Below are positions 1 through 8,298 of a stretch of 29,040 bases of DNA, piece after piece. Below the pieces are notes generated by a model. It was given only the letters and a program-made list of their open reading frames with translations. It was not told the DNA's origin and searched no databases. Source of the stretch: an uncultured Eubacteriales bacterium (lineage in GTDB: Bacteria; Bacillota; Clostridia; UBA1381); NCBI GenBank assembly GCA_900556575.1, contig USPO01000001.1, forward strand, positions 1 through 29,040, in the 5' to 3' direction. Position 1 is the first letter of the stretch; each line of letters starts with the position of its first letter. A program made the translations under genes and the position numbers.

Positions 1-3000
1 GTCAGGAATTTTAAAGACTTCTTTAACATGTCCAGATTTAATAGTTTCAGATAAATTTATTGAGGACAAATTAGTGGCTACCTCATTATAAGATTGAACG
101 ATAATTGTTCCACTTGTAGCATCATCAGTTACATAATCATATTCCGATATATTCGATATTTTTACATCATATATTATATCATTTGAAGCGTATCCGCTTA
201 AATCACTATCATCTTTAAATATGATGTCATTTGTAGCAGCATTTCCCCATCCTTGTGACACTGATTTTTCAATCTTTAATGTAGGCATATACGGGTCTAC
301 AGTAGCTTCCGGTGTAGGAGCCGCTGTTGCATCCGGATCCATACTTGGTGTCGGTGTTGCAACCTCCTCTGTTGTATATTTTACAGTTGACGGAGTATCG
401 TTTCCTACCCATGCAGAGTTTGAACCGCTATATATTTTTCCGCTTTCACACATATTCTGCGTTCCAAATACAGCCTCACATTCAATAATAATGCTTCCTC
501 CCGTATGCATAGTAAATTCAGGATTATAGTAATAATTATGATTTCGTGCATTTCCTGTTTTATTTGCATCATAGTCTTTTATAAATAATATTTGACCACT
601 CGCTTTTTCATATCCGGAATATGGATAATACACTTTATTTCCTGTCAAATATATTGCTCTTCCCTGCTCTGTATATATATCTTGTGAATCCCATGATTGT
701 CTGTAATCATACGCTTTACCAAGACCATCTACATTATCGCCCGTAATGCTTGTAACTTTTATTACAACTTCAGCATTATTTGCAGCCTGTATTCCTTGAT
801 ATATACCATCTATCGAATCATTGACCAATAATTCCGTAACGTCCGCACCCGAATTATTGGTTACCTTTATTTTAAATTTAAGTGTATCTCCCGGCTCGAT
901 ATGACCTGTTGCACCGCTTGCAATATCACCGACCTTCGCACCGTTTCTCCATATTTCAGCGGTCTTTTCAACCGGAAATTGATTTGCCGAACCTACGATA
1001 AACGAACCGGACGATGCTCCGGTCGATGCTCCGCCTATTACATATGCGGTATTTTTAATTTCCCGCATATCCTCGACACCTTCATCTATTGTACACTTTA
1101 TTTTAATCTCTGCCGTACCTGTTCCGATAGCCGTAAATGTATATTCCTGTCCTTCATTTGTATATGTAATTTCCAAATTTCCGGTACTTTCTATTCCCGA
1201 AACCGTCAAGCCTGCCGGTACTACATCTCTTACCTTAAGAGGAACATCGTTCGTAAAGGTTTTACCGTCCGTATTCAATGAAATTGTATACTCAACAGTA
1301 TCTCCGGCTTTGGCATACTGTCCGTCCTTATCTCCGGACTTCTTTATTTCAACATAGGATGCAGGGTTATCCCAATTTAATGTTGCATTTGCCGTTACAG
1401 TATTATCGTTATATTCTGCCTTTGCGGTATTTACAATACTTTTATCTGTGACTCCGTTTTTAACAGTTCCGGTTATCGTAAATATTTTTGATGAATTTGC
1501 CGGAATTATTACGGTTCCGAGGTCATATGTCTTTGTTTGAGTTTTATCGGAATCATTAGTTACAACCGATTTTCCGTCAATCGCAATATTCTCGAAAAGA
1601 TTTTCAGGGAATAAATCAGTTACCTTTACGTTCTCTGCATCGGCTGTACCGTCATTCTTTACGGTTACGGTATAGGTAATTTTATCCCCGGCTTCATATT
1701 TGTTACTGTTATTCTTAGTATCATTCTTTACAGACTTTGATATTGAAATATTTGCCGTTTTAGGTTTTTGAGTAAAGCTTGCACTAACCTCGGCCTCTCC
1801 TACCTTCGCTGTATTTGTTCTTATTGTATCCTCCGTAACGTCACCCGTAATCTTCGCAAGTACATATCCCTCAAAATCACTTTTGCCGCTTACAGATACA
1901 CCATTGAATGTAATAACATTTTCGTTTATACTGATTTCGCTGACAGAACCCTTATGTACGCACGCACCGTTATATAATTTCGGACTGCCATTGCAATTCC
2001 AATGATTAACCTTTTGGTAAAAATCACTCTCGTATGTTAGTCCCATATCCTTAAGTGATGTTACCGGTGTTAATCCCTCCGGTAATGTATCTGTTATTGT
2101 TCCGCCGGTGATTTCTTCATCTCCGCTGTTTGTAAATGAGATTTTATACAGAACATAGTCTCCGGTCACATAACCGTCTGTATTATAGTCAGAAATCTTG
2201 TTTTCTATTTTCTTATTTACCTTAGTATATCCGGCTACCTTCGGTCTGTACACATTTGTTGTTACCTCTGCCGGAGTTGTCGATATAGCATCAACAGGAC
2301 TGTTTACGGTTTTATATGAAGTAGAAATTTTATTTGTAATTATAGCCTTGTTCTCTGCCTGATTTTTAAAATCCGAACCTGCAATAACATTATCTCCCTT
2401 TATTTTAACCGTACCCTCAAAATTTTCTATCTGCTGGTTGCTGTCATTTGTTTTTGTAACATTCAGAGTAAATCCCGATATTCCATTTTCACTTGACTGT
2501 ATATCTGATATTGTATAATTAAAATCTGCCTCTAACGCTTTTCTTATATCTTCTTCGGTTTTTCCTGTAATATATATTCCATTGGGAAGAGTAAACGTAT
2601 CTGTAACCACATATTCATTTACCTTTGTTTCTCCGGGCTTCAATACTCTGCTGTTATCCGGCTCTGCTCCCGTAAAAGCTTTTAAAGTATATTCTATATC
2701 CTCACCCAAAACCGTTTCGGAATCAACGGTAGGAAGCATAATATTTTGTAAATTTACTGATTTTGTATTATTCATTTCAACATCTGATTTTGATGTTATT
2801 TTATCAGGTTCGGTTTCATTCTTTAAATTTCCGTTTTCATCATATATTTTTAAAGATATATCCCATTCGCTTCCGTTTTTTGCATTTCCGTCAAATCTTG
2901 CACTCAGCGTTGTTGCAACCGTATCACCCGCAACCCAAGGCTGTACTTTGCCATCCTGCCATTTTTCCAATAATATATATTTTTCGCCATTCTCGTCTTT

Positions 3001-3366
3001 TTGTACCGAGTATTTAATTCCGTCAGCTATATACGGTTCAATATCTGTAAACTTACCTCCGTTTTCAAATGATATAAATGAGGTAACATCCATATCTCCG
3101 ATATATAACCTCAGCTGCGGATTTTCAAAGCCCGCACTGTCATAGTTAAATGCTGCTGAAATATTTATTCCGAATTCATTGTTTGTAAGTGCTGTCTTAT
3201 CACTTGCAATTGCATCACCTACAAACCCCACCGATGGGTTGCCTATGCTAACCGTACTTTCTCCCGTCGCCAAAGCTGCCGGACATACACCAATCATCAT
3301 AGCAAAAACAAGAAAAAGTGCCAGTATTCTTGATTGTACCGTACAGCTGCTTACATTCTCCCTCAT
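1..3366 (-). CDS. Large secreted/surface protein with tandem DUF11-like (isopeptide-type Ig/CnaB-like) domains; partial, runs off the left edge (>=1122 aa)
   Basis: Not in the ORF track because there is no stop in the window. Manual translation from ATG 3366 (RBS GAGGAG) is open to base 1. Signal peptide MRENVSSCTVQSRILALFLVFAMMIGVCPAALA. Repeated motifs ISISKSV..GDKITYTVTVKNDG..VTDLFP..IVNTAKA, VEIKKSG..GDTVEYTI..RDVVPAGL..IKNTAYV and GDYVLYKISFTNSG..ITDTLPEGL, plus a Pro/Thr linker ATPTPSMDPDATAAPTPEAT. Confidence 0.85.
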   Translation of the reverse strand, partial: MRENVSSCTVQSRILALFLVFAMMIGVCPAALATGESTVSIGNPSVGFVGDAIASDKTALTNNEFGINISAAFNYDSAGFENPQLRLYIGDMDVTSFISFENGGKFTDIEPYIADGIKYSVQKDENGEKYILLEKWQDGKVQPWVAGDTVATTLSARFDGNAKNGSEWDISLKIYDENGNLKNETEPDKITSKSDVEMNNTKSVNLQNIMLPTVDSETVLGEDIEYTLKAFTGAEPDNSRVLKPGETKVNEYVVTDTFTLPNGIYITGKTEEDIRKALEADFNYTISDIQSSENGISGFTLNVTKTNDSNQQIENFEGTVKIKGDNVIAGSDFKNQAENKAIITNKISTSYKTVNSPVDAISTTPAEVTTNVYRPKVAGYTKVNKKIENKISDYNTDGYVTGDYVLYKISFTNSGDEEITGGTITDTLPEGLTPVTSLKDMGLTYESDFYQKVNHWNCNGSPKLYNGACVHKGSVSEISINENVITFNGVSVSGKSDFEGYVLAKITGDVTEDTIRTNTAKVGEAEVSASFTQKPKTANISISKSVKNDTKNNSNKYEAGDKITYTVTVKNDGTADAENVKVTDLFPENLFENIAIDGKSVVTNDSDKTQTKTYDLGTVIIPANSSKIFTITGTVKNGVTDKSIVNTAKAEYNDNTVTANATLNWDNPASYVEIKKSGDKDGQYAKAGDTVEYTISLNTDGKTFTNDVPLKVRDVVPAGLTVSGIESTGNLEITYTNEGQEYTFTAIGTGTAEIKIKCTIDEGVEDMREIKNTAYVIGGASTGASSGSFIVGSANQFPVEKTAEIWRNGAKVGDIASGATGHIEPGDTLKFKIKVTNNSGADVTELLVNDSIDGIYQGIQAANNAEVVIKVTSITGDNVDGLGKAYDYRQSWDSQDIYTEQGRAIYLTGNKVYYPYSGYEKASGQILFIKDYDANKTGNARNHNYYYNPEFTMHTGGSIIIECEAVFGTQNMCESGKIYSGSNSAWVGNDTPSTVKYTTEEVATPTPSMDPDATAAPTPEATVDPYMPTLKIEKSVSQGWGNAATNDIIFKDDSDLSGYASNDIIYDVKISNISEYDYVTDDATSGTIIVQSYNEVATNLSSINLSETIKSGHVKEVFKIPD

Positions 3367-3568
3367 TATAAATTTCTCCTCTCTCTCCTGATTATTTTAT
3401 ACATTAAGGAATTTACCTCTTTTCTGTCATTAGTATATTACAATGTATTATACCATATGAAGCGTTACAAAACAGCACCAAAAACCACCTTGGTTTTATA
3501 TATTTTATATTTTGCCGCTGTTTACTTTTATTTCCGTAAAGGCAAATACCTTTGCTAATTCTAATTAA

Positions 3569-3597
3569 ATTATAATATATTTATCTAAATTTGTCAA
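3569..3597 (-). promoter_or_regulatory. SigA promoter for the surface-protein gene (about 195-nt 5' UTR)
   Basis: Minus strand TTGACA (3597-3592), 17-nt spacer, TATAAT (3574-3569). Confidence 0.65.
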
Positions 3598-3753
3598 TAT
3601 GCATTTCTTGCTGTTTTATATTTATATACATTGTCATACCTTTTAGTTTACTTTATAAACTTATTGTCAACCAAAAATCATATTATTTTTTACCAATCCG
3701 AAAAACATTACAGAATTTATTTATAAATATATACATTAATCGTATTTTTCACT

Positions 3754-3792
3754 AAAAAAATGCCGTACATAAATTGTTACTTATGTACGACA
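3754..3792 (-). terminator. Intrinsic terminator downstream of the displaced MATE 3' end
   Basis: Stem TGCCGTACATAA/TTATGTACGACA next to an A-run on + (U-tract on -). Confidence 0.6.
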
Positions 3793-3830
3793 ATCAAAAA
3801 ATAGCAAAATATCTGTATAAGCTTACAGCT

Positions 3831-3930
3831 TTATTTTTGCAATCGCCTTGCAAACATTGCTGCCGACACTGCCGCCGCTATTACTTCCGTTATCCAAAAT
3901 GCATTCCATACTCCCGCAGCACCCGCAAAT
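3831..3930 (-). repeat. Displaced, diverged copy of the MATE gene 3' end (direct repeat of 4736-4823)
   Basis: Translates FAGAAGVWNAFWITEVIAAAVSAAMFARRLQK* versus FAGAMGVWNAFWITEVIATAMFARQLQK* in the intact gene. The two share GCTATTACTTCCGTTATCCAAAATGCATTCCATAC and differ by a 12-nt indel. Confidence 0.9.
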
Positions 3931-3951
3931 AATGCTTTTTGTATACGGATA

Positions 3952-3980
3952 TTGACTTATTTAATTATATGTGCTATAAT
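3952..3980 (+). promoter_or_regulatory. SigA promoter of the antitoxin-fic pair
   Basis: TTGACT, 17-nt spacer, TATAAT with extended -10 TG. Confidence 0.75.
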
Positions 3981-4030
3981 TTAATCATTAAAACTTCCTA
4001 ATGATTATAAATGTGAAGGGAGCTGTTAAT

Positions 4031-4201
4031 ATGTATTCATTTGCTAATGAAATTCCTTATGCATTAAATAATGCCTTTGCATCCCTTGAAATTGAGGGAT
4101 ATGCAATTTCAAATACTGAAAAAAAGCTTTGTTCGGAAGTAGTGAATGGAAAGATGTCAAAGCAGGATCTAATAAATTTACTTTTGGAAAGGTGCAGATA
4201 A
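4031..4201 (+). CDS. VbhA/FicA-family antitoxin (56 aa)
   Basis: ATG 4031 follows RBS GAAGGGAG. Contains ASLEIEG, matching the (S/T)xxxE(G/N) Fic-inhibitory motif, and sits 1 nt upstream of a Fic-like N-terminus. Confidence 0.75.
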   Translation: MYSFANEIPYALNNAFASLEIEGYAISNTEKKLCSEVVNGKMSKQDLINLLLERCR

Positions 4202-4202
4202 A

Positions 4203-4286
4203 ATGTCTTACTCGTTAGATCCTCTTAATGACAGCTGCTATGAAAACACCAATGTTTTAATAAACAAATTCATGAAACCAATTTAA
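4203..4286 (+). pseudogene. Truncated Fic-family toxin (N-terminal 27 codons only)
   Basis: MSYSLDPLNDSCYENTNVLINKF resembles the typical D-x-CY-xxT-x-VLxNK Fic N-terminus, then reads MKPI-stop. No HPFxxGNGR motif was seen downstream. Confidence 0.7.
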
Positions 4287-4395
4287 AACTTATTTGGTTT
4301 CCCGTATTTCTGCCTATTTTCATTATATATTTAAATTTGAATTTCATGGTGTGTTTTAACAGGACTCTATTTTGCAATTACCGCTAATACAAAAA

Positions 4396-4660
4396 GCTGT
4401 CCCCTCCGGGGAAAGTGGCGCACGAAGTGCGTCAAAAGGGGCGACACAAGTATTACAATAGAGAAATTGACAATTATATTTTCCTATTACAGAGTTTGTT
4501 TCACCCCTTCCGTCACGCTCCGCGTGCCACCTCCCCCGAAAGGGGAGGCTTGCCGTATTGCCGCTTTTAAAGTTCTACATTTGTTCCTTTTGCAATCACC
4601 CAACACAAGGTTCACCCCCACCGACAGCCTAACGTCTGCCACCTCCCCAAGGGGAGGCTT
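4396..4660. repeat. Cluster of three GC-rich REP-like palindromic repeats (about 4396-4443 reverse, 4501-4551 and 4611-4660 forward)
   Basis: Shared pattern CCCC..G(T/A)C-[hairpin]-GCCAC(C/T)T(C/T)CCC..AGGGGA(G/C): CACCCCTTCCGTCACGCTCCGCGTGCCACCTCCCCCGAAAGGGGAGGCTT, CACCCCCACCGACAGCCTAACGTCTGCCACCTCCCCAAGGGGAGGCTT and the reverse-complement copy CCCCTTTTGACGCACTTCGTGCGCCACTTTCCCCGGAGGGGACAGC. Confidence 0.75.
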
Positions 4661-4735
4661 CTCACATTAAATGCATTATTATACTTTTTCATTATAATAC
4701 ACTATTAAATTCTATTTAACGGCACATAACCTTTT

Positions 4736-6049
4736 TTATTTTTGCAATTGCCTTGCAAACATTGCCGTCGCTATTACTTCCGTTATCCAAAATGCATTCC
4801 ATACCCCCATAGCACCGGCAAATCGGCTTATCAGATATGCAATTCCCGCAATAACTATATAGCGGATTATCGAAATAACAAGCGACGGTATACCCTCGCC
4901 CAATGCTTCGTATACACCGCTTATTACAACAGATACTGCCGAAACTATAAATCCGGCACTTATAATTCTGAGTGCCGCCGCACCCTCTGCAATTGTTTCC
5001 GGAGTCTGTGAGAACATACCCATTAATACATTAGGTATTGCAAGACACAGTACCGTTCCGAATGCCATTATTCCGGCACATAACATAAGGGAGGTTTTTG
5101 TTATACCGAGTACTCTGTCACGTCTTCCTGCACCATGATTAAAGCTCACAATCGGACGTATTCCCTGAATAACTCCGTTCGCCGTAAGATATATAAATGT
5201 CTGTAATTTATAATATATTCCGAGAATGAGTACATATACCTGTGAAAACTCTGCCAAAATACCGTTCAGCATTGTAATAAGCAATGACGGCAGTCCCATA
5301 TTTAATGTCGCCGGAATACCTACCGCATATAAACGCTTGTATACATCATCCTTAAACAGCGTCCGGTGAACCTTAAAGCTTACCGGCTGTTTAAATCCTA
5401 TAAACACAATAAGATACACAAGACAAGTTACAGCCTGACCTATACCTGTTGCTATTGCTGCTCCCTTTACTCCCATTGCCGGAACAGGACCTATACCAAA
5501 AATAAATATAGGATCAAGAATAATATTTGTTATGCAGCCTATGAGCATACTTACCATTGATACTTTCATCTTTCCGACAGCCTGAAATATCTTTTCAAAG
5601 GTTATTGCAATATTCTGAACAATCGAAAAACCAAATACCACATTTGAATATATAATTCCGTATTGAATTACTTCGCTGTCACTCGTAAACAGCCTTAAAA
5701 ATGACGGCATGACAGCAATGCATACTACCGTCAATATTAAACCATGCACACCACCGAGAATAATTCCCTGTGACACTGCATTATCGGCACGTTTCCTCTG
5801 TCCCGCACCCAAGAAAAATGCGGCAGCCGCATTTATACCTATGCCGAATCCCACCGCAACCGAATGTTCCACGTTTTGCAGCGGATAAACCAACGCAAGT
5901 GCAGTCATTGCATTCTCACTTATCTTCGCAACAAAATAACTGTCTACTATATTATACAGCGAATTTACAAGCATCGATAATACCATAGGATATGACATAG
6001 ACAGCACAAGCGGAAGTATTTTCTTTTTTACCATAAAATCTTGGTTCAT
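4736..6049 (-). CDS. MATE-family efflux transporter (437 aa)
   Basis: About 12 TM segments; motifs LYNIVDSYFV, NIILDPIFIFG, MGVKGAAIATGIGQ; RBS GAGGAGG. Confidence 0.95.
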   Translation of the reverse strand: MNQDFMVKKKILPLVLSMSYPMVLSMLVNSLYNIVDSYFVAKISENAMTALALVYPLQNVEHSVAVGFGIGINAAAAFFLGAGQRKRADNAVSQGIILGGVHGLILTVVCIAVMPSFLRLFTSDSEVIQYGIIYSNVVFGFSIVQNIAITFEKIFQAVGKMKVSMVSMLIGCITNIILDPIFIFGIGPVPAMGVKGAAIATGIGQAVTCLVYLIVFIGFKQPVSFKVHRTLFKDDVYKRLYAVGIPATLNMGLPSLLITMLNGILAEFSQVYVLILGIYYKLQTFIYLTANGVIQGIRPIVSFNHGAGRRDRVLGITKTSLMLCAGIMAFGTVLCLAIPNVLMGMFSQTPETIAEGAAALRIISAGFIVSAVSVVISGVYEALGEGIPSLVISIIRYIVIAGIAYLISRFAGAMGVWNAFWITEVIATAMFARQLQK

Positions 6050-6067
6050 ATTTCCTCCTCAATATCT

Positions 6068-6180
6068 GTGGATTTTTGCACTAAAAAAGCCACGCAATGC
6101 ATTTGCATTGCGTGGCGAAAAGATAACTCATTCATTACGAATTTGTTAGGAAAAATCCACTCAGTTTTCAGTATTTAGCT
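6068..6180 (-). promoter_or_regulatory. Structured MATE leader with an internal intrinsic terminator (candidate attenuator)
   Basis: 12-bp stem GCCACGCAATGC/GCATTGCGTGGC (6089-6116) plus a U6 tract lies between promoter and RBS; it is flanked by the 10-bp inverted repeat GTGGATTTTT/AAAAATCCAC. Confidence 0.6.
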
Positions 6181-6185
6181 ACTGT

Positions 6186-6214
6186 ATTATAACAAATTTT
6201 TTTGCATTTGTCAA
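6186..6214 (-). promoter_or_regulatory. Consensus SigA promoter for MATE
   Basis: TTGACA (6214-6209), 17-nt spacer, TATAAT (6191-6186), extended -10. Confidence 0.8.
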
Positions 6215-7122
6215 GAAGATTTTTCTTCTCCCTCAAAATTCGGAATAAAGCTTTCCGATACCGATTCATCGCTTTGTATAAAAACGTTTTCCATGCCCTT
6301 ATTTGCACAATAGTCAACCAACGCATTATACTTACGCATATCAAGTTTTTTATCAAGCTCCGGATATGCCCTGACATGAGGAAGAGGTGTATATTGGCAC
6401 ATAAGACTTATATATATATTATTACCATATGCATTGTAAAGATAGTCCATTATCCTCTTGCTGTCAAGCATAAGCCCCGGCAGCATCAGATGCCTTACAA
6501 GTACACCCTTTGTCATTATTCCGTTTTCATCAAATTTATTTCTTCTAGTCTGACGATACATTTCATCAACAGCGGCGGCGGCAATTTTAAAATAATCGGG
6601 TGCTTTTGAATACTTTACGGCATATTTATCATCATAATACTTCATATCCGGCATATATATATCAATATATCCATCAAGCATTTTTAATGTTTCCGTATTT
6701 TCGTATCCGCTTGTATTGTATAATATAGGTATATTTAACCCCCTTGATTTCGCATTATCCAGTGCCTCGATAATCTGCGGCACATAGTGCGTCGGTGTTA
6801 CAAGATTTATATTATTCGCTCCCTGCTCCTGAAGTGATAAGAAACCGTCCGCAAGCTCTTCAATTGTTATATCCCTGCCTTTACAGCGTGCGGATATATC
6901 ATAATTTTGACAAAATACACATTTCATGGTACAATACGAAAAAAACACCGTACCCGAACCACTTTCACCGCTTATACAAGGTTCTTCCCAATAATGCAAT
7001 GCAATTCTTGCTGTTCGCGGAAGCAGTCCCGCACCACAGAAACCCGTTGCTCCTCTCATGCGGTCCGCCCCGCACCTGCGCGGACATAATCTGCAATTTT
7101 CCAATAGTTTTTCTTTTTTCAT
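6211..7122 (-). CDS. Radical SAM protein, PflX-like (putative pyruvate formate-lyase activating enzyme family)
   Basis: N-terminal CRLCPRRC, HYWEEPCISG, radical SAM motif CTMKCVFCQN, NINLVTPTHY, VRHLMLPG. Confidence 0.9.
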   Translation of the reverse strand: MKKEKLLENCRLCPRRCGADRMRGATGFCGAGLLPRTARIALHYWEEPCISGESGSGTVFFSYCTMKCVFCQNYDISARCKGRDITIEELADGFLSLQEQGANNINLVTPTHYVPQIIEALDNAKSRGLNIPILYNTSGYENTETLKMLDGYIDIYMPDMKYYDDKYAVKYSKAPDYFKIAAAAVDEMYRQTRRNKFDENGIMTKGVLVRHLMLPGLMLDSKRIMDYLYNAYGNNIYISLMCQYTPLPHVRAYPELDKKLDMRKYNALVDYCANKGMENVFIQSDESVSESFIPNFEGEEKSS

Positions 7123-7143
7123 TTACTTCTTATCTTTCTGCAC

Positions 7144-7186
7144 AAAAACCGAGACTGCCGTACATCAAAGCAAAGCGGCAGTCCCG
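7144..7186 (-). terminator. Hairpin/terminator after the 3D-domain gene
   Basis: GACTGCCG..GCGGCAGTC imperfect stem with an A-run on + (U-tract on -). Confidence 0.5.
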
Positions 7187-7194
7187 TATCTTAA

Positions 7195-8223
7195 TTAATC
7201 AACCAAATAAACGTCCTTATATACTCTTCCCTTGCTTATTGCCTCGGCATGAGTCGCAACCGCCAAATCAATATGATTTTCCTTGATTGCACCGCCGCAA
7301 TCCTCTGCACGTCTTATACCGTAACCGTCTATATAAACCGATGCAAGTTTAGGTATAACATTCGGGTCAACCGCAATTGTCTGTCCCGGAACAACCTTTC
7401 CTGCCCATGCCGTGTTTGCACCCCAGCCGCCGTTGCATATGCTGCACGGGCAGTAATGAGTTATCTCAAATCTGCCCAAATACTTGCCAAGCTTAGGGTC
7501 CATATTTACAGCCTGTGAAGGTGATGACACATCTACAGCCGCAGCTGTCTGAACACTTTGTACCGGCTGAACAGGCTTTGCCTGCTCGTCCGCCATTATT
7601 CCCATATCATTCGGAACAGATGCATTTTCCGGAATTGATACCTCCGCCTCCATATTATCCTCATCAATTTCAACATCGAGTCCGAATAATTCCATTGATG
7701 ATTTAAGCGGTATCATAAGAGTTCCGTCATTTACAAGAGTTGCGGCATCCGCCGTTTCAACTGTCTTTCCTATTGAAACTATGTCATTTTCGCCGTCCTT
7801 ATAGTTATACTTCAAAACGGCTGTACTATCATTAAGCTTGAAATCTGCCGTAATGCTGTACGGCTCAACATCAAGTCCGTATGTATCTACGCTGTCCATA
7901 AGCTTCGCTGCATATCTTTCGACATTTGCATCAGCCCATGCGCATGAATATAAAGTCATTGTTGCAGTCTGCGACGGCTGGTCCCAGGATGCTGTCATTC
8001 CCACACCATCAGCAAGAGTACGCACCGGAACAAGCGAATCATCCGCCGTCATAACCGGAGTATGTACACCAAAGTCCAAAATCGACGGTGTCGGAGCTGC
8101 CAAGGACTGAACCTTTAATAAAAAGTCCGAATGTGCCGATACCTGAACTGTCAGCGATGCCGCAAGCGTACACACTGCCGCCGCAGACATACATATCCGT
8201 GCTAAATTTTTATATATCTTCAT
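7195..8223 (-). CDS. Secreted protein with copper-amine-oxidase-N-like (stalk) region and C-terminal 3D domain (putative cell-wall lytic transglycosylase-like)
   Basis: ATG 8223 follows AGGAGG; signal peptide; LVPVRTLADGVGMTASWD and LMIPLKSSMELFGLDV repeats; C-terminal ITHYCPCSIC..IAVDPNVIP..AEDCGGAIKENHIDL. Confidence 0.85.
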   Translation of the reverse strand: MKIYKNLARICMSAAAVCTLAASLTVQVSAHSDFLLKVQSLAAPTPSILDFGVHTPVMTADDSLVPVRTLADGVGMTASWDQPSQTATMTLYSCAWADANVERYAAKLMDSVDTYGLDVEPYSITADFKLNDSTAVLKYNYKDGENDIVSIGKTVETADAATLVNDGTLMIPLKSSMELFGLDVEIDEDNMEAEVSIPENASVPNDMGIMADEQAKPVQPVQSVQTAAAVDVSSPSQAVNMDPKLGKYLGRFEITHYCPCSICNGGWGANTAWAGKVVPGQTIAVDPNVIPKLASVYIDGYGIRRAEDCGGAIKENHIDLAVATHAEAISKGRVYKDVYLVD

Positions 8224-8298
8224 ATATTCCTCCTTAAAAATCACGCCTTAGACCTCTCACATCCCCAGCAAATAAAGTCTAAGGTAAATAAATAGTCC

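Noticed and set aside
221..3558. Several + strand ORFs (102, 126, 69, 187, 84, 70, 74 aa)
   Set aside because: Antisense shadows of the large minus-strand adhesin gene or AT-rich noise; no RBS or recognisable motifs.
3367..3563. Possible c-di-GMP riboswitch in the adhesin leader
   Set aside because: GCAAA/GGCAAA words are present, but I could not build the conserved P1-P2-P3 architecture.
4396..4670. CRISPR array, tRNA or the 67-aa ORF at the GC-rich repeats
   Set aside because: Units are diverged, differently oriented and irregularly spaced; no cas genes or cloverleaf; the ORF is just a translation of the repeats.
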